DNA of 64,000 nucleotides from a virus. A program made the position numbers and the translations under genes. Shown here one piece after another: positions 36,839-45,712 of the stretch. Below the pieces are notes generated by a model. It was not told the origin of the DNA and ran no database searches. It saw only the letters and a program-made list of their open reading frames with translations. How positions within the stretch are numbered: position 1 is the first letter of the stretch; every line of letters starts with the position of its first letter. The stretch is from IMG/VR virus record IMGVR_UViG_3300042319_001922, positions 1-64,000 of that record; one strand, written 5' to 3'.

Positions 36839-36860
36839 AATTCACAACGTAACAGAATAT

Positions 36861-37706
36861 CTACTTTTGACTCAGGTGTTCTTTTGCCCGAGTTGCCACC
36901 CAATCAGCAGTGATTAAATCAAAGTGATGGCCATCACGTGCACGATCTCGAGATTTAACTGGCACAACTGTGGCATACACTGATTGACGTTTTGCCAAAT
37001 TGTCTCTGAGTTCGTCTAGTCTTCCGTGTAAATTTTCTAGCTCGTGTAATATCCAATCCGGTAATGAATTTAATTCTTCTACAGTAGCTGGAAAATTTAC
37101 TGGCCAATCTGAGCCACGCATTGACTCCCAGGCATCAAGAATTGAATTACGGCAAAAAAAAGGTATTGCAAACTGCACAGAGTTTGCAATCAAATCAACT
37201 CTTTTTTTGCAATCTAAAAAATTTACCCAGTCGTCGTGATCAGTGCTGTCAATATTGTGAATTCTTCGAAGCTCGTCACTGAGTAACGTATTGGCATTTT
37301 CCCGACGATGCGTGTAACTCCACATTATTGCAATCTGCGTAGGATCTATAGCGTGAACAATGTTTTCTGTGATTCTTGCAATCCATTCATTACTGGCACC
37401 ATCCATTGATACATTTATGATACGTTGATTGGCAGCAGTTGACAACAGATATGGCCAGGTGTGTTCTAAAGGAGAACCCAGCCCCACAGTAAAGCTGTCA
37501 CCAATACACCACACAGCGTCACGCAGGTCTTGCATGTTATCTGGCCATTCTTGATCACGAAAGCCGCGACTGTTGTAGTTGTATGTTATGCTATGTGGAT
37601 AAGATAAAAAGTGATTCTTATCCTTGCAATGATCAAAAGAATCTATTCCTGAAAATTCACAGTGCTGATTTACACGACTAGACAGTACTAAATTGTGCAA
37701 TATCAT
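36861..37706 (-). CDS. SGNH-like hydrolase-fold protein
   Basis: YNSRGFRD, IGDSFTVG, NVSxxGASN, RARDGHH motifs. Confidence 0.65.
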   Translation of the reverse strand: MILHNLVLSSRVNQHCEFSGIDSFDHCKDKNHFLSYPHSITYNYNSRGFRDQEWPDNMQDLRDAVWCIGDSFTVGLGSPLEHTWPYLLSTAANQRIINVSMDGASNEWIARITENIVHAIDPTQIAIMWSYTHRRENANTLLSDELRRIHNIDSTDHDDWVNFLDCKKRVDLIANSVQFAIPFFCRNSILDAWESMRGSDWPVNFPATVEELNSLPDWILHELENLHGRLDELRDNLAKRQSVYATVVPVKSRDRARDGHHFDLITADWVATRAKEHLSQK

Positions 37707-37723
37707 ATCACAATTTTGTTACA
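37706..37723 (-). promoter_or_regulatory. Degenerate Pho box
   Basis: TGTAACA-N4-TGTGATA directly after the ahpD stop. Confidence 0.5.
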
Positions 37724-37727
37724 ATGC

Positions 37728-38234
37728 TCAACTGTTCAACACCTTGGCAACACTATTCATAACACTGGCAATACGCCCGATATCACGTAGGTTTTCTACA
37801 GTATAGCCTTCTTGTTTGAGTGTTTCGTAATGTGCTTTCACACAGAAGTGACACTTGCCCACAATACTTGCTGCCAAACTGAATGCTTCAAAGTTGCTCT
37901 TAGTTGTACCGCCATGGCTAGCAATGGCATTCATTCTCAACTGTGCTGGCAAACCTTTTAGAGCAGGATCGTCAACCATCTCAATGTAGGGATACCATAC
38001 ATTGTTCTGTGCCATGATGCTGGCAGCAGTCATTGCTGACTCTGCATGTACTGGTGCGTCTGCTAGCAAGATGCTTAGAACTTTGCCATTGCCAGTTGCT
38101 GCCAGTGCGGCCACAGCACAACCCATGGCCACATCAGCATCTAGAGTACTGCGAACTAGAACAGCATCCAAATTTAACTTGGTGTCCTTGGCATAATCTG
38201 GCAATGCACCTTTTACTGATTCAATAAAACTCAT
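37728..38234 (-). CDS. ahpD: Alkyl hydroperoxide reductase AhpD
   Basis: LPDYAKDTKLNL, MAQNNVWY, SIVGKCHFCVKAH (CxxC). Confidence 0.92.
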   Translation of the reverse strand: MSFIESVKGALPDYAKDTKLNLDAVLVRSTLDADVAMGCAVAALAATGNGKVLSILLADAPVHAESAMTAASIMAQNNVWYPYIEMVDDPALKGLPAQLRMNAIASHGGTTKSNFEAFSLAASIVGKCHFCVKAHYETLKQEGYTVENLRDIGRIASVMNSVAKVLNS

Positions 38235-38863
38235 TTTCTTTCCTCTATATTATAAAACCAATCATCCCCGGCTGTCCACTTGCGTGTGCCATCCACTGTG
38301 AATATGGTCTGAGCAGCCTTGAAATCGGGGAATTTCACTGCACTGGAAATCAAACTTTGATCATACCACAAACAACGATTGTTGGGTTGGCAAGCAAACT
38401 GCCCATTTTCCAATCGGATAAAGTTAAAGCTCTTGTGTTCTTCAGCCACTTCAGTAAAGCCTGTGTCCACATCCATGCCGTCGGCACAGAAGTCTACTGT
38501 GAACAAATAGGTTCCGTGATGCCATTCTTTGTCTTTGCCCAGGAACTTCACTCCTAAATTACGCAGGCCTATTTTTTCAATGATAGTAAAACGATAGCCC
38601 ATACAATCCCAGAGCTGTAGCGTATCTATAGGCAAATTGCCTGTGTGGTTTTCTTGCCACACATAAGCATGAATAGGCAATTTGTCGTACAGTGCTCCGT
38701 AGTTGGGTAACAAACTTTCAATACGAAACACCTGCCCTCGCAAGGCTTTGAGACTGACCCAGATAGCGGGTTCCAATTCACCGTGACCTTTTTCAAAGTT
38801 ATAAAGAAACTCACGTTTTACCCAACACTTGACAGGAGGCAATGATCCTACAATGTAACTCAT
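38231..38863 (-). CDS. Conserved phage hypothetical protein
   Basis: GALYDKLPIHA, LQLWDC, YLFTVD, EHKS, QPNNR motifs. Confidence 0.75.
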   Translation of the reverse strand: MSYIVGSLPPVKCWVKREFLYNFEKGHGELEPAIWVSLKALRGQVFRIESLLPNYGALYDKLPIHAYVWQENHTGNLPIDTLQLWDCMGYRFTIIEKIGLRNLGVKFLGKDKEWHHGTYLFTVDFCADGMDVDTGFTEVAEEHKSFNFIRLENGQFACQPNNRCLWYDQSLISSAVKFPDFKAAQTIFTVDGTRKWTAGDDWFYNIEERK

Positions 38864-39270
38864 TTTGTTTTCTCCGCTATTGTTTTATAACCCTTGTATG
38901 TAGGATGCACTTGATCCAGACTGGTATCATGCTTTTTAGCATCGATTACAAAATCCTTGTACTTGTCTGCTATTGCAAGAACTGCTCGTCTTTTATCTTC
39001 TTTTATGTTAGGCACAATCCAATAAACACGATCAGCCTCAACAAGTTGCCTGATTGTATCTAATTCTTCAAATGTGTTTATCTTTGCTGTGTCGTTTGAC
39101 CCTAAACTAATAATCACAGTTTTTGCTTTGGTGTTTCCTTGTGTGTATAACACATGACGATTCACATAGTCATAACTGTTAATACCACCCTTAGCGTAAG
39201 TGGCACATTCAGTTCTAATCTGTCCTATACCAACTGCTAGGCTATCGCCTAGAATCAAACATTCTAACAT
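38860..39270 (-). CDS. Minimal SGNH hydrolase
   Basis: GDSL, SLGSND, DxVHP motifs. Confidence 0.8.
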   Translation of the reverse strand: MLECLILGDSLAVGIGQIRTECATYAKGGINSYDYVNRHVLYTQGNTKAKTVIISLGSNDTAKINTFEELDTIRQLVEADRVYWIVPNIKEDKRRAVLAIADKYKDFVIDAKKHDTSLDQVHPTYKGYKTIAEKTK

Positions 39271-39271
39271 G

Positions 39272-39907
39272 TTAATATTTCCCTGATGCTAAAACAATTT
39301 GGCAAATGTGTTCTAATCGTTCGATGTGCTCAAACGCACGCCATGGTGTTGTGTCAATAGCAACTACACCGTGACCCTTAATACCCACAATGTCAAAACC
39401 AATTGTTCCATCTTTTTGTAGCCACAAATTTTCATGACAACGATCAGCAAGTTCTTGACTGATAGGTGGAACATCGCCAACGTTCTTGGCCACTCGTGTA
39501 TAGCGGCTAAGTTCTGGAAAGTCATCAACAATGGTACTCAAATCAATTCCGGCGTGCATGGCTGCAACACAGTAAGTAGGATGCAGGTGAACCACCACTC
39601 TAACATCGTTACTGTGCTGTCCCATGTTCTTCTGCAAACCAAAGTGCAATGGTAGTTCACCGCTTGGCTTTAGATTAGCACTGATATCAGTATAAGGAAG
39701 CTCGATTGCAGTAGGAGTAGTGTGACTGCCATTGCTGATACCAATCTTCTTAAACTGATCAGGTTGCATGGTCTGCTTACGGACGCCACTGGGTGTGATA
39801 TAAAAGTGATCACGGTCGTGATGACGAATACTCACATTGCCATCACGACTGGTAATCCAGTTGCGTCTATATGCTTCAACAAGTGTGTCGCATATAGTTT
39901 CTAACAT
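39272..39907 (-). CDS. Class II aldolase/adducin family protein
   Basis: GNVS, ITPSG, PSGE, HLHP, GHG motifs. Confidence 0.85.
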   Translation of the reverse strand: MLETICDTLVEAYRRNWITSRDGNVSIRHHDRDHFYITPSGVRKQTMQPDQFKKIGISNGSHTTPTAIELPYTDISANLKPSGELPLHFGLQKNMGQHSNDVRVVVHLHPTYCVAAMHAGIDLSTIVDDFPELSRYTRVAKNVGDVPPISQELADRCHENLWLQKDGTIGFDIVGIKGHGVVAIDTTPWRAFEHIERLEHICQIVLASGKY

Positions 39908-40446
39908 TACAGTGTCTCGCCGCCCACTGTGCGGTTGCAAGCACACAGTTCGCCTGTTTGCAATGCGTCCAATACACGAAGCGTTTCTTCTGGGCTACGA
40001 CCAACGTTCAAGTTGTTAACAGTAACGTGTTGGATTTCATTGTTTGGGTCAACAATGAATGTTGCACGAAGTGCGGCACCTGCTGGAGCATAGAATACAC
40101 CCAACTGCTCAATCAAGCTCAACTCACCACGCTGTGTATCAGCAAACTGGTGGTGTGTGATTTTACGCAAGTCATCGTGACTCTTTTGCCAGGCCACTTT
40201 GCAGAACTCATTGTCTGTTGAACCTGTTAGCAACACTGCATCACGATCAGCAAAGTCTTGTGCCAACTTGTCGTAGGCCACAATTTCTGTGGGGCAAACA
40301 AATGTGAAATCCTTGGGGTAGTACACAATTACTTTCCACTTGCCAGGGAAGCTGGTTGCGGTGATGTCATAAAATGCATCATCAGGTTGTCCGGGCTTGA
40401 CGCCTGTGACTGTGAATGGGGCCAATTTATCGCCAACTGTTTTCAT
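39907..40446 (-). CDS. ahpC: Peroxiredoxin AhpC
   Basis: YPKDFTFVCPTE, RATFIVDP, GELCAC motifs. Confidence 0.95.
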   Translation of the reverse strand: MKTVGDKLAPFTVTGVKPGQPDDAFYDITATSFPGKWKVIVYYPKDFTFVCPTEIVAYDKLAQDFADRDAVLLTGSTDNEFCKVAWQKSHDDLRKITHHQFADTQRGELSLIEQLGVFYAPAGAALRATFIVDPNNEIQHVTVNNLNVGRSPEETLRVLDALQTGELCACNRTVGGETL

Positions 40447-40499
40447 TTTAGTTTCCTTTGTGTTAAAATGTTGAGTCTCAGTGTTTGTACTGAATGTTT

Positions 40500-40585
40500 A
40501 TTGTAATAGTATATATCTATGAAATCAAGTAAATCTTAGATTTTTCCTATTGAATTTTTCTATAAGGTCAATTGGAAAAATTAAT
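40500..40585 (-). promoter_or_regulatory. ahpC promoter (TTGATT-N17-TACAAT) with OxyR-like site
   Basis: ATTG-N7-CTAT-N7-ATTG-N7-TAAT at 40549-40585; extra TTAG-N7-CTAT at 40536-40550. Confidence 0.6.
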
Positions 40586-40868
40586 ACAGCATACGAATTA
40601 ACCCTATGCTGTCAATTGTGGTCAGCAGAATATAGTTAGCGAGCATGCCAAAAGATTTCCTAGTCCAACTAGCCCAAGCATACATAGAACACCCAAGAAT
40701 CCAAGCGGGATAAAGAGCAAGAAGCGGTGGAGTGGGGACTGTGAGTGCCATAGTAACACTGCAACCAATGCTAATAGCCCAAGCAAGCAACTCAATAACA
40801 AAACGAATTCTGTTAGATTTAAAGTCATCTCGAATCCAATCAACGGTGGGTTTTAAAAATTCATTCAT
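40581..40868 (-). CDS. Small membrane protein
   Basis: Three hydrophobic helices; ATGA-coupled. Confidence 0.65.
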   Translation of the reverse strand: MNEFLKPTVDWIRDDFKSNRIRFVIELLAWAISIGCSVTMALTVPTPPLLALYPAWILGCSMYAWASWTRKSFGMLANYILLTTIDSIGLIRMLY

Positions 40869-42013
40869 GTTCTGTCGGGGAAAAAATCCTGCATCACACC
40901 TTCTCGATGCAAGTCCATGGTAACACAATGTATGCCGCCATCCCAGAAATATCTATGACGGAAAGGTACTATGTGCGGAGTCATGCCATATCGGTCTAGT
41001 GCATCAAAAACTTGTTTGTTGTAGTTGAATACTATAACGTTCTTTGGGTCAATAATCAACATGTTGACATCAAACACGGTTTCTTCAACGTACCCTGTCC
41101 AATTATCCAACCAAGTCTCTACTGTTTCCACAACATCGTTGTCGTGTTCAAATCCTGGGATCCACCACTTGCCTTTGTTTTTCTCTTTGAGAATCATAAA
41201 AGGTTTTACTTTTTCCCAGCTTTGGTTTTCCAAATAAATCACTTCCCAGCCCGGGAATGTGTTTTTGTAAGTGGGCACATCATTGAGACTGACTATCAAT
41301 CCTGGACACACTGGGCAGTATACTGCATCGCCGTGGCCACCAGTGTTGACAATATGATTGCGAGTTTTGGGGAATCTTGAATTTACAAATTTCTGTTGTT
41401 CAACAATATTGTCAGTGTAGTTTTTTGTGGCAAAATACAAATCCTTGCCAATTCGAGATATCATTGCACCGTTGATCAGTAGGGGATTGTTTGAGTAATC
41501 AATTACTGGGTTTCCTTGCTGCCGAATATGGTCAAATATATGATCGTATCCAGACCTCTGATTCATCCAGGCTCGTTCGCGATCAAACCCAAATTGTTGT
41601 ATGCATTCAAGCCGAATACGATCAGGTAATTTATCAAAGTCCTGCCAAGTCTCGCAGTCAGGCCAGCTGGCATCACGAATAGTGTTATAGAGTTTTGCAA
41701 CTGTAGTTGGCGCATAAGACTGATAAAAATCATTACCAACCATGACCATAAAATCTCGTGGGGTCATTGGCGGCGGAGTAAACTTGCCATTCACAGTTTC
41801 AATCTGCTCCGGCAAGTTGGGCCGCATCACAGTGATTCCAAAACTTTTTAATTTTTGAATAATTGCCTGGTAGTCTTCTTCAGTTTCAATTGCAATTTTT
41901 TCAAACAAGGATCGAACATGTGGTATTTGAATCCAACTGTAAAATTCCGGAGGATAGCTTTGGCCAACCACACAGACTTTGAGTGGATCCCAGTGCTGAT
42001 AAACATTATACAT
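40865..42013 (-). CDS. Amidinotransferase (StrB1/AGAT-like) with internal insertion
   Basis: WDPLKxCVVG, PRD, HGD, NML, GGIHCVTMDL. Confidence 0.85.
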   Translation of the reverse strand: MYNVYQHWDPLKVCVVGQSYPPEFYSWIQIPHVRSLFEKIAIETEEDYQAIIQKLKSFGITVMRPNLPEQIETVNGKFTPPPMTPRDFMVMVGNDFYQSYAPTTVAKLYNTIRDASWPDCETWQDFDKLPDRIRLECIQQFGFDRERAWMNQRSGYDHIFDHIRQQGNPVIDYSNNPLLINGAMISRIGKDLYFATKNYTDNIVEQQKFVNSRFPKTRNHIVNTGGHGDAVYCPVCPGLIVSLNDVPTYKNTFPGWEVIYLENQSWEKVKPFMILKEKNKGKWWIPGFEHDNDVVETVETWLDNWTGYVEETVFDVNMLIIDPKNVIVFNYNKQVFDALDRYGMTPHIVPFRHRYFWDGGIHCVTMDLHREGVMQDFFPDRT

Positions 42014-43028
42014 TTATAAATTTATTTGCAAAGGCATGACTAGCTAGATTTTTACCCTTGGCCTCGCACTGAATATCAAACTGTTCACTAAACTCGGCAG
42101 CCCAAGTGCTCACAGCGTCATTCCAATAAAAGTCGCTGTGTGCTCGGAGCTTTTGCTTTTTATAACCTCTAGCAAGAAGTTCAGCAAGATCGGGTCTAGT
42201 TCCCCGATCATGGTCCACCAAAACGTCTTCGCGACTAACTGAGTAGTGAAGACCAGGACGAGTACCGCGCCAAGAGTCAATAACCCGCTTGACACGATCG
42301 TCCTGCGGGGAGATGTATTCTCCTGAGTTGATCCAGTGGTGGTGTAGATCCAATACCAGAGCCACATGCTGAGCCACAGCCAAAGTAGTGTCAAGTCCAT
42401 TTGTCATCTCATCATTCTCGATGGTAATTAAGTTTCTTGCTTCGGGACTGAGCCTACCCAGTGTACGCAAGAATTTAGTGGCACCACCTTTGCCACTTAA
42501 ATGTACGTTGATCTTGAATCCATGATCATGCCATGTCGAACCATAGCCCATCCAACGAGCCATGTCTGCATGATACTCAAATTCCAAGATTGAACGTTCT
42601 ACAATTTCATCTGCTTCGCTTGCCAGCACACAAAATTGCCCAGGATGAAAGGATAATCTAACACCAAGTCTGCGAGCAGCTTCACCAACTGGTGCAAAAA
42701 TTTTAGCACAATGATCTTGCACATCCTTTTGTTTCCACCAGTTGATCCACGAAGGCTCTGTATAGCCCTGCAACATTTCGCTGCCTAGTCGTACCATGCG
42801 CAGGTGCTCAGGTAAACTGCCCACACGCTCAACCATTTTAAGTGCGGCAGAGGCATTGTGATTCATAATGTCCCACTGGCGCTGTTCAGCTTCGTCTTTG
42901 TGCTCACGAAGCCAGCGCATTGTAGTTGATCGCCCGTTAAGGTCTCGATCTACTGCATTGACTTTCATGCCGCCACATTCACTTGGATCATTAAGCCATT
43001 TGCAACAGAATCCAACACGAGGTACCAT
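42006..43028 (-). CDS. uvdE: UV damage endonuclease
   Basis: RLGS, RLSFHPGQF, INVH, IEND, DLHHH, RAHSD, EAKxK motifs. Confidence 0.9.
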   Translation of the reverse strand: MVPRVGFCCKWLNDPSECGGMKVNAVDRDLNGRSTTMRWLREHKDEAEQRQWDIMNHNASAALKMVERVGSLPEHLRMVRLGSEMLQGYTEPSWINWWKQKDVQDHCAKIFAPVGEAARRLGVRLSFHPGQFCVLASEADEIVERSILEFEYHADMARWMGYGSTWHDHGFKINVHLSGKGGATKFLRTLGRLSPEARNLITIENDEMTNGLDTTLAVAQHVALVLDLHHHWINSGEYISPQDDRVKRVIDSWRGTRPGLHYSVSREDVLVDHDRGTRPDLAELLARGYKKQKLRAHSDFYWNDAVSTWAAEFSEQFDIQCEAKGKNLASHAFANKFINV

Positions 43029-43045
43029 AGCAATTCCCGGTAAAG

Positions 43046-43603
43046 TTATTTTGTTAGTAATTGTAACACGTTTTCCATTATATCGCAAGTGAGATTTGGC
43101 AATTCTTGGTAATGTTTACCAAGATCAACAGCGTGATCTACCAGAACGTATTGTGTAGTAGGGTTATTCTGGAACAAACTGCGCATGAGTCCATGATAAT
43201 TTTGTAGTTGTTCAACTTGGTCAGATGATTCTAATTTCTGACCCAACCCAAGATCAAACCCCAACATCAGTATGATGCTGTTGGTTTGGCTGGCCAAGTG
43301 CAATGATATAATGTCATCAAATCTGTGAACTGGATGGTTGTACTCACCATCATATGCTTTGAGGCCTGGCTGGCTACCAATTTTTAGATATACATCACGA
43401 GCAACGTAAAAATTGCACACAGCATGAAATGCCTTGGAAATTAATGCATTTGCCTCAGCTGAGTCTGAGCAAACTACATTGTCTGTTTGATTGTTTTTCC
43501 AGGTGCGCCACGATCCCCAGCTGGGACCAATTGACTTGATGGCTGCTGTGTCAACCAATATGTTTGGTTGATATGTTGATGCATATACCCAACTTATTTG
43601 CAT
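43046..43603 (-). CDS. Hypothetical Rossmann-like protein
   Basis: I.LHLA...ILMLGFD motif seen in MAF/sialyltransferase-like folds; weak. Confidence 0.5.
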   Translation of the reverse strand: MQISWVYASTYQPNILVDTAAIKSIGPSWGSWRTWKNNQTDNVVCSDSAEANALISKAFHAVCNFYVARDVYLKIGSQPGLKAYDGEYNHPVHRFDDIISLHLASQTNSIILMLGFDLGLGQKLESSDQVEQLQNYHGLMRSLFQNNPTTQYVLVDHAVDLGKHYQELPNLTCDIMENVLQLLTK

Positions 43604-44799
43604 TATACTGCCCTTAAAGGATTCCACTGAAAGGATCCCAGGCAAACCCAAGCAAATGGTGCATCGATCTGAGGATCATTATTCAGCACTAGATCGCCAC
43701 GAGTACCAGCCCAGCCCGGCACTGCATTAGAATGAGAAATTCTCCAACGGTCAATTCGTAACTTTGGTGCTACCACAAGACCGTCTGATTCAATACTGAG
43801 GTGGCGTCCACGGTTAACACCCAAAGACAATGTGCCCGGGCGGGCCGTTCCAATGTATGCAGTGTCTTTGGCCAGCTTGCCAACAATCACGGTGGTTTCT
43901 TCGTCCCACACTGTCAGTGCCATTTCTGGGTGGTTGGTATTGATACCAACACGTTTATTAGTCACTGCAAGAGTATCATTAAATGCTGCCGGACCAGCAA
44001 CATCTAGTTCTCTCAAAATTCCAAGTGCTTGTATGTTTGTGTCAGTGATTGCCGAACTCAATTGGTTGCCAGTCACTAACGGTTGTCCATTAACAAGCAC
44101 TTCAGAAAAATCAATACCTTGTGATTTACTTAATTCTAAAACCTGTACTACCAGTGACTGTTTCCAGTCCTCAGTAATTTGATTTAGAGTTTTGGCTGCG
44201 GTCTTGTCAATAACTTCGTCCCATGCTGTGTTGTCAACATTGACTACTCCGCGAACTGCAAGATTATTCACTGATAAACTGCCGCCCACTGTGATATCTT
44301 TAGTTACATCAATGTCAGTTGCCGACACTTTGTGTGCTACATTTATACCATTGTCATCAATTGTCAATTGTAATTCTGTTGCAGTATCAGTAATACCCAG
44401 TGTTTTAAAATCTTTCTTGAACCGATCTCTCCAGCGATCAATGCCGGCGTCGATTTGACCAACTAGCAAACTGTTAAGATCAATATTACTAATTTGTGAC
44501 AGCAACCTTTGTGTCATTTGTTGATTGACTTGTGTTTCAATCTTGTTGATCCAGGCTTGGTCCAAAATCAAGTTATCAATAGTGGCAGACACCATGGTCT
44601 GTACCGCGCTATCAACAGCTTGAGTCATTGTAGAGATACTAGAAAATCTAGCAGATATTTTTTCTTCTACGAATTTAGTAATTTGTTTTTCAAGATCAGT
44701 TTGCCAATTTTTGTCAGATGTGATATCTTCAACGTGTTTATTAACTGATCGAATAAGTTCTTGTTCAACAAGCGTTGGTAATAAGTTAGGGTCAAGCAT
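43603..44799 (-). CDS. Hypothetical protein: coiled-coil N-terminus, fibre-like C-terminus
   Basis: RVGINTNHP, P.....RGD.V.N..P.....AWVC motifs typical of virion fibres. Confidence 0.6.
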   Translation of the reverse strand: MLDPNLLPTLVEQELIRSVNKHVEDITSDKNWQTDLEKQITKFVEEKISARFSSISTMTQAVDSAVQTMVSATIDNLILDQAWINKIETQVNQQMTQRLLSQISNIDLNSLLVGQIDAGIDRWRDRFKKDFKTLGITDTATELQLTIDDNGINVAHKVSATDIDVTKDITVGGSLSVNNLAVRGVVNVDNTAWDEVIDKTAAKTLNQITEDWKQSLVVQVLELSKSQGIDFSEVLVNGQPLVTGNQLSSAITDTNIQALGILRELDVAGPAAFNDTLAVTNKRVGINTNHPEMALTVWDEETTVIVGKLAKDTAYIGTARPGTLSLGVNRGRHLSIESDGLVVAPKLRIDRWRISHSNAVPGWAGTRGDLVLNNDPQIDAPFAWVCLGSFQWNPLRAV

Positions 44800-45712
44800 G
44801 GTTTCTCCATAAATCTAATGTTACACAATGGAACCCACCGCCCAGTGTGCGACTGTGTCGCAGTTCAAGAGGAACAACTTTAAACTTTGATAATTCTAAC
44901 AACTTTATCAACGCTGTTTGGTGCTGGTCTACAATAACTGTATTGGGATCCACTACTAACATATTTAAGGCAATCCACTTGCTGGCATATGGATACTGAT
45001 AAAAGTCTTGTTCAACCACTTGGTCAACCCAGATCACTTCCCAATTTTTAAAACATTTGGGCAACATTTCTGTTGAAACTCTAGTGGCGTTGATTAGCAC
45101 CAGGCCTTCGCGCAAAGGCACAATTGTAGAATCAATGTGTACCCCAGAGTAAAAATTACACATTTCTATGTCAACTTCGGGAAATTGTTGACATAACCAA
45201 TTGTAGGCTGCTTTGTTGCCACTGGCTGATTCTAAAAACAACATGTTGGTTGGGCCAAGACGTAGCACATTGGCAGCATCTAGTACTAATCCAGCACGTC
45301 TGGGCATTTCAATTATGGTGTCAGCTTCGTTGAATACGTCAGCAAGGCATTGACTCTCCATGTCTCGGCAAGGGTACATCATGGCTGGATCAACTACTGT
45401 GGTTCCGTGTACTAGTAATCGGTCTCGGGGACAATAGTTGTACATACCATCATGAGTTTGAAAATTCATGGGGTCTGGCCTAACAACTTGCACTCCAAGC
45501 AACACAAGAGTATCGGCTAGACGCTGTAGATCTTGATTTGCTTCGTCGATTATCCAGTCGGGCACAGGCCCCGAAGGTACCGGTGTTTCTTTCCACAGTG
45601 TTTTTTCACTTTCTTTACTAAACACTGGATCATAGCGAGGCCAATTAGCAAAGGAAGCATCACCAACCACTACCTTGCGCAGTGGATCCCATTCATTATA
45701 AGAATTAATCAT
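44792..45712 (-). CDS. Amidinotransferase (inosamine-phosphate amidinotransferase StrB1-like)
   Basis: NSYNEWDPLRKVVVG, YCPRD, DAAN, HIDST, GGGFHCVTLDL. Confidence 0.9.
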   Translation of the reverse strand: MINSYNEWDPLRKVVVGDASFANWPRYDPVFSKESEKTLWKETPVPSGPVPDWIIDEANQDLQRLADTLVLLGVQVVRPDPMNFQTHDGMYNYCPRDRLLVHGTTVVDPAMMYPCRDMESQCLADVFNEADTIIEMPRRAGLVLDAANVLRLGPTNMLFLESASGNKAAYNWLCQQFPEVDIEMCNFYSGVHIDSTIVPLREGLVLINATRVSTEMLPKCFKNWEVIWVDQVVEQDFYQYPYASKWIALNMLVVDPNTVIVDQHQTALIKLLELSKFKVVPLELRHSRTLGGGFHCVTLDLWRNHA

